A stretch of 64,000 nucleotides of DNA from Chiloscyllium plagiosum (Eukaryota), in assembly GCF_004010195.1 (NCBI RefSeq), contig NC_057728.1, positions 49,592,561-49,656,560 of the forward strand, given 5' to 3'. The notes beneath the pieces were generated by a model that made no database searches, was not told the DNA's origin, and saw nothing but the letters and a program-made list of their open reading frames with translations. Position 1 is the first letter of the stretch; every line of letters starts with the position of its first letter. This document shows positions 44,501 to 56,500 of this stretch, in pieces. The translations under genes and the position numbers were made by a program.

Positions 44501-47500
44501 GTGGAACTGATTCTGGTCAAAGCTGAGCCTCCGACTGTTGGATCGATGGCATTTGAAAAGTATCCTCTTCACTTTGCTGGGCCGGTGCAAGTGTGAGTAG
44601 AGTGATTGCATAGCTCATGGTGACATACCTTATTGAAATGGGATGAGTCAGGGATTTTCCTATTAGTTATCGAATCATCTGTAAGGGGCTTTCGAGGCTG
44701 GGTCATTAAGTATCTTCAAGATTGAAATAGATTTTCAATCAGTAAGGGATCGAGGGTTATGGAGTCATGACAGGACAACGGAGTTGAGGATTAGCAGATT
44801 AGCCATGAACGTGTCGAATGGTGGAACTAATCTGTTGGGCCAGATGGCCTACTTCAGTTCCTATACCCTTATCCAAGACTGCCATCAAAAATATGCTGTC
44901 CATGTGTGAAAAAGGCACATCAGGAAGGGAGAAACCACATAAAAAGTTCAGGCATTTTTACTTTAGGATGGGTGACATGGTGGTTCAGTGGTTAGCACTA
45001 CTGTCTCAAAGCACAAGGGATCTGGGTTCGATTCCAGCCATAGGTGACTGTCTGTGTGGAGTTTACACGTTCTCCCTGCATCTGTGTGGGTTTTCTCCGT
45101 GCTCTCCGGTTTCTTCCCACAATGCAACGATGTGTATGTTAGGCGGGCTGGCCATGCTAAATTGTCCATAGTGGCTCATGTGAAGTAAAAGCATCAGTGC
45201 AGACTAGTTTTTCAACAAATTCAGTGCAATAAGTAATTGATCTAAAGTGTAATTTTGAAATTGGTAAATGTCAGGAAGCTTGGCGTTGTTGCACATTTAT
45301 TCTTGTTCTATCTGCTGATCTAAAATTTTGAATAAACATTTTCTACTTCTCGTTTTATTGATGAAAGCAATTCGAGTGGAGTGAAGAATGGTGGGCCAGT
45401 TGCTTTGGTGTTAGATTTCATCCTTTCGTTGCTGCACATACCTGAAGCTGGAGAGAGATTGGATCTTGCACATAGTTGGGCTGCTCTCATCATTCTTCCC
45501 CATGTCAGGTGAGAAAAATATCTGGTTTTGACGCAAAGAGTGGACGTCATTGCATTTAACCTTCATGCGCTCCTTTGACAGCCCAGTTACTTTTGTTCTC
45601 GTTAGTTAGATATTGTCAAGTGGAGACACCATCCAATCCATAGATTTTGGATATTTTTAATTGACCTGACCAGCTAAGAGAAAGATTAACAAGGATATTG
45701 CTAGGGTTGGAGGGTTTGGGCTACAGGGAGAGGCTGAATAGACTTTGTCTGTTTTCCCTGGAGCATCGCAGGCTAAGGGGTGACCTTATAGATGTTTATA
45801 AAAATATGAGAGGCATGGAGAGAGTAAACAGACAAAGGCTTTTCTTTGGATTGGGGCAAGTCCAGAACTAGCGGGCATAGCTTTAGGGTGAGAGGGAAAA
45901 GATTTAAAAGGGACGCAAGGAGCAACCTTTTCACACAGAGGGTGGTTTGTATATGGAATGAGCTGCCAGAAGAAGTGGTGGAGGCTGGTACAATTGTTCT
46001 CGATGGCTACATGAATAGGAAGGATTATAGAGGGATATAGGTCAAGTGCTGGCAAATGGGACTAGATTAATTTCTGATATCTGGTCGGCATAGACGAATT
46101 GAACTGAAGGGCCTGCTTCCATGATGTACAATTCTATGACTCTGTGACATGTCTGGAACAGGTGGGAGTTAAATCCAGGCCTTTTGGCTTAGAGTTAGGG
46201 ACATTACCACTGTGTCACAAGAACCCTCTTTCTGTTGCACATGTACATAAGATTAGGATCTTAATGGCGTGTTTATTTCAGATCAGAATTGTAGGAGCAT
46301 AGATCACAAATTGAATAACTTGAGCACAGATGAAAACTGGTCGAACAGGCTTAAGTACTGGATTTAGCTTCCAGTCTCAGGTGTAGTTTCGAATCCCAAG
46401 ATCACAAAATTCACATTCACCTGTAAGGCTTGAAGCAATGAGCCTGAGAAAAGGACCAAAGAAAGCAATAACTAACAAGTAGACTGAAAGTAAGAAGCAG
46501 AACAGGGAGGAGGGTTATAGCAAAGTGCTGAAGAGGGTCAGTTCCAACACGAACATTGGCTGTTCATCCAGGTGTGTCGTCATCTCCTTCCTCGTCCAAA
46601 ACTTGGAGTGCATCACCCAGGAGGTTTCCACCTGATCCATTAAAGCAAATGTCAAGACCATCTCCGCCAGGGAGACATTTGCGACCTCCTGCCCAGGAGT
46701 GCTAATTGCACAGTGCCCCCACGAGTAAAATCTACCAGCTGCAAATAAAGTGTTCCAACAGACAACTTTGTAAAGAGCGACAGCTGGACACTGAGCGTTA
46801 GTAAGGAGAAAGCCAGCTTACATGATGCTGCATTCTGTAAATAAATCAATTAGCAAGGAAAGGATTTGCATCTGCTTTCATACCTCACTATCTCATTACC
46901 AACATCGATCGCTGTCTGTCATCTAGAGTGCGATACCTGACTGATCAGAGGCTGACTTTGTCTTTAATCCAGCAGATTATGACATCTCTAACTTTTGACT
47001 CAAAACGACACTATTTTAAAAGGAGAGGGTTACAGGAGTGGGGAGATCTGAGGTGTATATTTATAAATCCTTGATAGTTGTAGGGCAAGTTGAGAAGGCA
47101 ACTAAGAATACCAAGGGGACTCTTGGCTTTGTAAATAGCAGCACTCAATACGATAGCAAGCACATCGTACCAGACGTTTGCAAGTTGCTGCTTAGAACCT
47201 GCCTGGTTCCAAACACCACAATTTAACAAAGATTTCAAGACCTTGAAGAGAGTGATGAGGTTTACAAGGATAATATTAAGGTTGAGGAAGTTGACTCATG
47301 GATTATGAAGGTGGGATTATTCTCCCTGGAGAAAAGGAGACTCAGGAGATTTATTAGAGGTGCTCGAAGCAGTGATGCGATCTGATAGAGTAAATAGGCT
47401 TGCACCAAGTGCAAGTTAGCCTTTGGTGATTTATTGACAGTTGTACTAAGCTCCCTTTGTACATCTGCACATGTTGCCCTCTTAACATTTAAGCAGTTCT

Positions 47501-50500
47501 TAAATGGTGAGAGATTGGAAAGTGTAAAAGTGCAAAGGAACTATCCCTGTCAATAAGTCACTAAAGGCTAAGGTGCGGGTACAGCAGCTTATTAGGGAGG
47601 CTAATGGAATGTTAGCGCCATCATGGTAAGAGGATATCAATACAGATGTAAATGCTTGCTTCATTTCGATTGGACGGCATCTGGAGTACCGTGTACAGAT
47701 TTGGCCTGCCTAGCTTGGGAGGAGATTATTGAGATTGAGGGAATTCCCCAATTTATTACTGGGATGGCCAGGACTGTTCTATGAAGAGAGATTGGACAAA
47801 GGGTGGTCTGTATTCTCTACAGTTTCAAAGAATGAGGTATCCTCATTGAAATCTACAAAATACTTAAAGGAATAGACAGGAACATAAGAAACGTTCAGCC
47901 CCTCGATCCTGTTCCACCTTTCAGTGAGATCATGGTTGACCTGTAGCCGAACTCCATATACCTGCCTTTAGCCCTAATCCTTTAATATTTGAAACAAAGC
48001 ATTATCTATCTCAGATTTAAAATTGACAACTGAACATGTGTCCACTGCTGTTTGTGGAAGAGAGTTCCAAGCATCTAACGCCCTTTGTGTGTAGAAGTGC
48101 TTCCTAACATCTCTCGTGAACAGTCTGGCTCTAATTCTCAGACTATACCCCCTAGTTCTAGAATATTCAGTCAGTGAAATAGTGCATATTTTCTAATTAG
48201 TCTTTTCCTAGTAATATCTTGAGGACTTCGATTAGATCATCCCTTGAACTCTTTTTTGAGAGAAGGTAGGCCTAATTTGTATAATCTGTCCTCAAACTTA
48301 ACCCCTGAAGTCCAGGTATCATGGTAAACGCAGGTAAAATGTTTCCCCTGGTTGGGCTCAAGTTGAAAGAAGATGGGGGAGGGCATTTAGAACTAAGATG
48401 AAGAGCCTTATTTCCTCAGAGTTGTGAATATTTGAAACTTTCTTTGCCAGAGGTGTTTGGTAGCTCAGTCTTTGAGTTTATTTAAAGTAGAGACTGATAG
48501 ATTTCTGACTACTACCAGAGTAAAGGTTTATGAGGATAGTTGAATAAAAGGCATTTCAAATTTTCAGTTAATGATAGTGTTAAATGGTAGAGCAGGCTTG
48601 ATAGGCTGCATTCTTGTCCCTAACCTGCTTGTTTTATTTTTTCTAGCACTTGAGTTGGGTAGCTCGGCATCATGGATTTAAAATAATTGGGAGAATGAGA
48701 AGTGAGAAAGAATTTTTTTCAGAGGATTGCTAAGTTTTGGACTTTATCTCCAAAAAGAAAATAGCGGAATGACATTCCATGGGAAGTTGGGTCCTGTATA
48801 TTAGGATGATGAATTTGCAATGTTACAGGGGGAGAAAAAAGATGGTTGTGGAATTAAATTGAAGATCTCTGTTTAACAGAGCTGCCACAAGCTTAATGGG
48901 CCAAATGGTTGCTTTATTGCAAAAGCAAAATACTGCAAACTCTGGAAATCTGAATTAATAGCAGAAAACCTCCTGAGAAAAGGTCATTGATGTGAAATGT
49001 TAACATTTTCTTCCCTACGTGGGTACTGCTGATTATATACAGCATTTTCTGCTTTTCTTTCTGACTGTGAGGCTTTGTGAGGATTCTCTCATTGCTGAGT
49101 TGTTTTTAATAATAGAATGCAAGTTTTGCACAAGTCATCAGCGCGATTCATGGTTCCCAATGGTGCAATGTTGACATTTTGACTTATTCAGTAACTCTCA
49201 GTAACACAGTGCCAGGTTAATTGGCTAATCCATTGGGCAGTGTGAGCTGTAACTTGTACTGTCTCTTTCCATCATCAGTGATGCATTGTCCCAGTTTTAC
49301 TGTTTTGCTTCAAATCTGCAGTACATTATTCTTTTAACAACTGGCACCATTCCAATTTTTCTCACAGGCCTATGCAAACAGAGAAAGTGTTGGACCAGGT
49401 TCAGTTATTTTTTAACTGGCTACTGGCAACCCTTGAGGAAAATGATTCCATTGACGAAGGTCAGTGCACTTCTCCAACAACGGGGGGTTGGTTGTTTATA
49501 GCATTTCAACCATTGCTTTTCTAAAGTACATTTTTGGTTGCAAAGCTTTCTCTGAGAAATTTTGAAAGGGTTGTATAAATCCAAGCCTTATTTCTCTGTT
49601 CACTTTATATATTAATGATCTGGATGAAGGGACTGGGGGCATTCTAGTAAAGTTTGCCGTTGATACGAAGTTAGGTGGACAGGCAGGTAGTACTGAGGAA
49701 GTGGGGAGGCTGTAGAAGGATCTAGACAGTTTGGGAGAGTGGTCCCAGAAATGGCTGATGGAATTCAATGTGAGCAAATGCGAGGTCTTGCACTTTGGGA
49801 AAAAGAATACAAGCATGGACTACTTTCTAAATGGTGAGAAAATTCATAAAGCCAAAGTACAAAGGGATCTGGGAGTGCTAGTCAAGGATTCTTTAAAGGT
49901 AAACATGCAGGTTGAGTCCGTGATTAGGAAAGCAAATGCAATGTTGTCATTTATCTCAAGAGGGTTGGAATATAAAAGCACCGTTGTGCTACTGAGACTT
50001 TATAAAGCTCTGGTTAGGCCCCATTTGAAGTACTGTGTCCAGTTTTGGTCCCCACACCTCAGGAAGGACATACTGGCACTGGAGCATGTCCAGCGGAGAT
50101 TCACACGGATGATCCCTGGAATAATATGTCTAACGTACGAGGAACGGCTGAGGATCCTGGGATTGTATTCATTGGAGTTTAGAAGATTAAGGGGAGATCT
50201 AATAGAAACTTACAAGATAATACATGGCTTGGAAAGGGTGGACGCTAGGAAATTGTTTCCGTTAGGCGAGGAGACTAGGACCCGTGGACACAGCCTTAGA
50301 ATTAGAGAGGGTAAATTCAGAACAGAAATGCGGAGACATTTCATCAGCCAGAGAGTGGTGGGCCTGTGGAATTCATTGCCGCAGAGTGCAGTGGCGGCCG
50401 GGATGCTAAATGTCTTCAAGGCAGAGATTGATAAATTCTTGATGTCACAAGGAATTAAGGGCTACGGGGAGAATGCGGGTAAGTGGAGTTGAAATGCCCA

Positions 50501-53500
50501 TCAGCCATGATTGAATGGCAGAGTGAACTCGATGGTCCGAATGACCTTACTTCCACTCCTATGTCTTATGGTCTCTGTCACTTGTGCTCACTCTTGCTGA
50601 CATACTCTCTTCTCTTTCTTTCCTTGTTGCCCCTCTCCCAATATGTCTACCCCTCTTCCACTCCATCGTCCCCTTGTGTGCATTCGCTCATTTTCACACT
50701 CCCAGCTCACATTTTCATTCACTTTCCTGCTATCTCACATGCTTTCCCTGCTGCCTCTGTTTCCTATGTACTTGTGCTGCCTGTCAGTAGAATCCAATAA
50801 ATTCCAACTAATTTCCCAGAACCATTAGTGCTAGGTAATAAAATCGGAGTCATCCTGGCAGAAACAGCTAATGCATTGTGATGGAAGACTTCCATTGTGC
50901 ATTTGGTTGTATGTGCTAAGGTGGTTCCCCAGTGGTGTTATCTGTACTGTGATTTTGAAAAGCGAACTCTTTGGGTAAGGGGCCATTATTTCTGAGTAAG
51001 TTGTCAATGACTGGAGCCTTTCTTATTTTGATAGGATGGATGTATGTTGCTCGTCAAGCAGTCAGCACCATTCTGAGTCTAACTGAATCTTCAGATGTTC
51101 TCAGCATTCTTCCAGTGGAATGTGTAAGAAATTTGATTAAGTAAGTATTTTTTCATAAATTGTGACGTGGATTGAAAACCGTATAGACAATGGTTTGCAT
51201 TTTGTGATTGAGAATTTATGGAGCCCATCAGCAAAGTGAGCAGTGATTACTTGTGGTAATGAGCTGCTGTCATATCTCTGCTGGAGCTGCTGGGAGGCAA
51301 GTGCAGTATTTGCATAACTTGATACTTCCCATTGCAAAGCAAAGTAACAAAGTGTTGTCACAGTACATTAAAGTGAATTGCACATTGCAGCAGGACATTG
51401 TTTAGAATTTCTCAAAAGCTGTGTTGCTCTTAACACAAATGTTGGTTTCATGTTTGCAGGAAGTCACCATCTAACCCCTCTGCTCTTTTGCTGGGTGATC
51501 TGTACTATACTCGGTTAGCATTATGTGGCTACAGTGATCTCCTTTCACAAGACTCTCTGCTTGACCTGTTCACAGAACTTCGGCCAAATCTTTCCACATC
51601 TGTTTCCAAGGTATTTTATGTTTTTCAATTTTTTTAGTTTGACTGTCCATGTTAGAATCTCCTTTGTCCTTGATATGTGATTTTGCATTAATATGATTAA
51701 ACGAACAACCACTTCACTTCTACAGGGCAATCTGAACTGCCTCATAGCTACTGAAGATTCCTTTGAAGTGCAGTCATGACAGATTGTCACTACAAGAGTC
51801 TAGAGTCAGTATTTAGGTAGATGGCCAATTTACCTCCATCTGTGTTGCTGAGGTGAATATGCGGCATGATAACAGGGAGAATATCCTGCAGTTTGAATTA
51901 CGATATCCAGGGAGATGCAAATGGTTATTCATTTTAATGTCTTGCCCAAAATACAGCAGTTCTGATAATGAAGTACTGCAGTGTGGACCATTAGCTCGAT
52001 TTAATATTCATGTTAAACTGAGGGGAATTCACATAATTTCTGTGTTTTTGAAATCGTGTCCTGTAGCTCATCTTAAACATTTACTCACTCCACCACCGAT
52101 GCACTGTGGCAGCAGAATGTATCATCTACTAGAGTGAATCGTTAAGGCTTTTTTGACAGTGCCTTCCAAACCCAGGACTTCTACCACCTAGAAGGACCAG
52201 AACAGCAGATGTGTGGGAGCACCACCAGATGCAAATTCCTCTCCATGCCCCACACCCACCGCCCTAACTTGGAATTGTATCACTGTTCCTTCAGTCCTGA
52301 TTTCTCAAAGTCCTGGACCGTCCTCCCTTAACAGCATTGTGAGTGTTCCGACACTAACTGTAATGGTCCAGGTGATGGCTCGCTACCACCAGGGCAATTA
52401 AGAGTGGGCAGCAAATATGTATATCCCAAAAAGAAGTTTTAGTAAAAAAAAACTTGACCTGTAGGTCAGGAGGTGGCAAGTTTATTGAAAATATTTATAG
52501 CTGTTACCATCCTTTTGTCATTTCGCTTTCCTTTGAATTACGCATTTTTAAAGGCATTGTTTTTTCAAACCATCTCCAATTTGACCATGATCTGACAATA
52601 TAAAAGTAAAAAACTGTTAGAAATTTGAAATTAAAGCAGACGATGCTACAGAAACACATCAGGTCTGATAGCATCTATGGACAGGAGACAGAGTTACTAT
52701 AAAAGTAAATTACTGCGGATGCTGGAATCTGAAACCAAAAGAGAAAATGCTGGAAAATCTCAGCAGGTCTGGCAGCATCTGTAAGGAGAGAAAAGAGCTC
52801 ACGTTTCGAGTCTGACTGACCCTTTGTCAAACAGAGTTAATATTTTGGGTCCAAAATGTCGCCTCTTTGAAACTGTCAAGAAGTGTGACTATTATGGATT
52901 CAATGCCATTGAAACAAAGCTGCAGTCAGATAAAACAAAACTGAAGGCGAGAGATTTGTTCAAAGGCAGGAGAGATTAACTGACAAACATGTCACAAAAA
53001 GGAGAAGGAATAGCAATAGCTGTTGTAAGGAAGCACAGGATTAGTTTCTCTCTGATTAGCTTAACTGACAGTTTTTTTATTTATAATGTCTTGCATTTTA
53101 CTCTTCACTTGATTGTCCATAAACTTTCTGTGAAATAGGTGCGACTTCTCTCACTGAGGATTATGAATCATTTTAAAGTGCAGCTACGTGAAAGAGTCGA
53201 GGTATGGCATTTCCTGCATTTTTCCTAAGTGCAAAACAATGGTAATCATTATGTTTAAATAAAAAGTGAAGCATAGGAATTAGTCACTTGGGCCAACCAG
53301 TTGTTGAATTTCAAATAAGTCTCCTCCTGTCTCCGCCCAACCCCCTCCCCACTCTCTATCATAAACAAATCCCTATCATTACAATTCTTCCTTGAGACTG
53401 TTCCCTGTCTGCTTGATACTCTCGGGAGAAAGCTTTAAAATGAAATATTAAGAGCTTCCATTTCACTGAGAAGGCTTCAAACTGATCCGACAACCTGCTC

Positions 53501-56500
53501 TGAAAGCTCTGCTGATATTTTGACAGATGTGTCAAATTCCACAGCAGCTGAGACAATCCACGACATTCTAAACAAAGCGTTGCTCAAAAAAAAAGTTTTG
53601 AAAAATCCTCAATCTCCAATTTTAATGATTTGTTTAGAAGAAACTATCCTGGATTTGAATTTGCATGTTTGCCAAAATAAACCAGTCCTTCCTTGGGTCA
53701 TACCCTGTTGGTACACTGAAATCTGCCCACTAGTTTTTGAGATATATTGTTTGCAGAGAAACAGACTGACACATGGGCAAAAAAATGGCCTGCAGTCCTC
53801 TGTGGCAGGGGTGACTATAGTGTGATTTATGTACCTGCATGGTTTCAATTACAGTTGTGGAAATAGGAGTTTCTGATGGTGAAAGATGGACAGAAATTGT
53901 GACAGAAATAGACCCTGGAAGTTGAATTGCAAGAGTACTATCAATGTTCAAGCTTTGCTATTTGTTTATGTTTACAGGATGAGAGTGATGGAGATCTTCA
54001 GTCTGTCTTTGCCATCTTACTTCAAGCTGAACTTGTCCCTGCAACTGTTCATGACTACAGAGAGAAGTTACTGCACCTGAGGAAGCTAAGGCATGATCTG
54101 GCGCAGCCGTGTATCCCTGAGGGGCAGTATGACGAGGTAGGGAATAGGGCAACTCTTTTACATTTCCCAGTGTAAACAATAGCAAGGGTTGAAAATCATT
54201 GGACTGAAAGCAGCGACAGAGTAAGCATGGGATGCTTGTATTGCCTCAAATAACATTTGTAGCTGCTTGAGCTAATTTGAGGTTTGTCCTGTGCTGATTT
54301 TTCTTTTGGAAATAATGAAATGCATTTCAGAGACATCATCAACAAGAAAGATAAAAAACAGGTGAGAATTTTGACTCTAGACTCTTTGTTGGAATTGATG
54401 ACGAATTATACTTGATGCATTAATGTGGTTTTCCTCTTTAATGATATTAAGTTGACCGAGTTAGAATCCTAGCATTTTCAGCATGTGTTTCCAGTTGTGT
54501 GTTTGTTCTGTTTCATTTTTGGACATTTGCTTCAGAAGTGTTTTATTTTAATCAAATGTTAATTTTAGTTTTGACATATCAGAGATCATAATACAAAGTC
54601 AAGTAGTTGCTGGGTGGTACTGAATTTAAACCTTTCTGTAAAGAGAGTCATGTTGCCAAAGCTTGCATTCATCGAAACAAACTTTGACAACCTTTGGTTT
54701 TATTCTGGTGAATGCAAGATGAAAAGCTTTGTGTAAGTAACATTTGTACCACACAATTGTCCGGCAAACAAGTGAAAACCTAACCATCTGATTTTGACAC
54801 TAAATAACATCACTGTTGCTGAAACCCCCACTATCAACGTGCAAAGGGTTACCATTGACCAGAAACTGAATTGGGTAAAAACAAAGGCTACAGATGCTGG
54901 AAACCAGATTCTAGATTAGAGTGGTACTGGAAAAGCACAGCAGTTCAGGCAGCATCCGAGGAGCAGGAAAATCGACGTTTTGGGCAAAAGCCCTTCATCA
55001 GGAATAGCGACCAATAATGTGCCTACACAGAAAGGTTAGAGACTGGGGTTTGTACATTAATTGATACAAGTGTTGAACAGAGCCTGTTCAACAGCTATAA
55101 GGCATAAGGCAAGAGTGTGGTGGAATATTCTCCTTTGGACACAATAAGTGTAGCTCCAACAATACTCAAGCTCAACACTATCTGGGATATAGCATCCCTT
55201 TAGACTGATGTCCAACCATCACCTTCAATGTCCACTCCCTCCACCACTAGCATAACAACAGTATGTACCATTTAATTCATGCACTTCAGGCATTCACAGA
55301 GATTATGTCAAAGAACCTTCCATACCATGTGACTTCTCTCACTTAAAGGACAAGGGCAGCATGGGAAAGCAAGTTCCTGTAAGTTCCCCTTCAAGCCACT
55401 CACCATCTAACTTTTAAATGTAACTGTTCCTTCAATGTCGCTAGGTTAAAATGCTCAGTCTCCCTCCTTACAGCACTGAGAGTGTTACTTGAATTACTGA
55501 GACTGCAGCAGTTCAAGACGACAGCTCACTGCCACCTTCTCAAGGTAATCCGGGATAGGCAAAAAACACTGGCTTAATTAGTGAAACTGCTCTGAAGAAA
55601 TAACAACAGTCGCGCACTTCACCAGTTTACTTCTTTCGTTAAATGCCGAGAAGGTTGGTGCATAAACCCAAGTTTCAGAACATAGGAAGTGGAAGTGGGA
55701 GCCCATCAAGGATGTTATACCAATCAGCTGGGTCATGGCTGTTCTTCTACCTCATGTCATTATTATCCCTGTATGCCACAATATGTCTAATATCCAGAAA
55801 TCTAGTGATTTCTGACAGAGCCTGCACAACACATTGGGGTAGAAAGTTTCAGAGGCGTTCTTCCTCACTTTGTATGTAATGGATATTTTCAACAGGTTTG
55901 TGGCTGTACTGAATGTTCAGTGCTCTTCTTCTCTGGTTTGTATTCCCTTTTCCAGGTTCCTCTTCAGTATTTGATAGGAATGCTTTATATAAACTTCAGT
56001 GCATTGTGGGACCCAGTGATCGAATTAATTGTGTAAGTATCGCATAAGTTACAATGTACATGATAATAAGAGGGGAAAGATTTAAAATGGAACAGAGGGA
56101 CAACTTTTTCACGGAGAGGGTGGTACTTGTAGGGAATGAGCTGCCAGAGGAAGTGGTGGAGGCTGGTACAATTGCAACATTTAAAAGGCGTCTGCATGGG
56201 TATGTGAATAGGAAAGGTTTAGAAGCAGTTGGGCCAAGTGCTATCAAATGGGACTAGATTAATTTCTGATATCTGGTTGGCATGGACGAGTAGGCTGAAG
56301 GGTCTGTTTCCGTGCTGTACATCTCTGACTAAATGAATAACTCAAACTGAAAAATAATTAGTCTCAAAGATTTTACATTTAGTAAAAAGTAAAGTTTCAA
56401 TTTTCTCTTCAATGCTGAAAATGGGTGTCTGAAATTGGATTTTGCAGGTATGGTAGGATAATGTGAAAGTTTGTTTGTTCAGTTTCTGTTTTATCCAAAT

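Noticed and set aside
46530..46710. Ser/Pro-rich open frame (VSSSPSSSKTWSASPRRFPPDPLKQ...) in UTP20 intron 13
   Set aside because: It is short and stop-bounded with no recognisable homologue. Exons 13 and 14 join in phase without it. A tblastn or blastx search would settle it.
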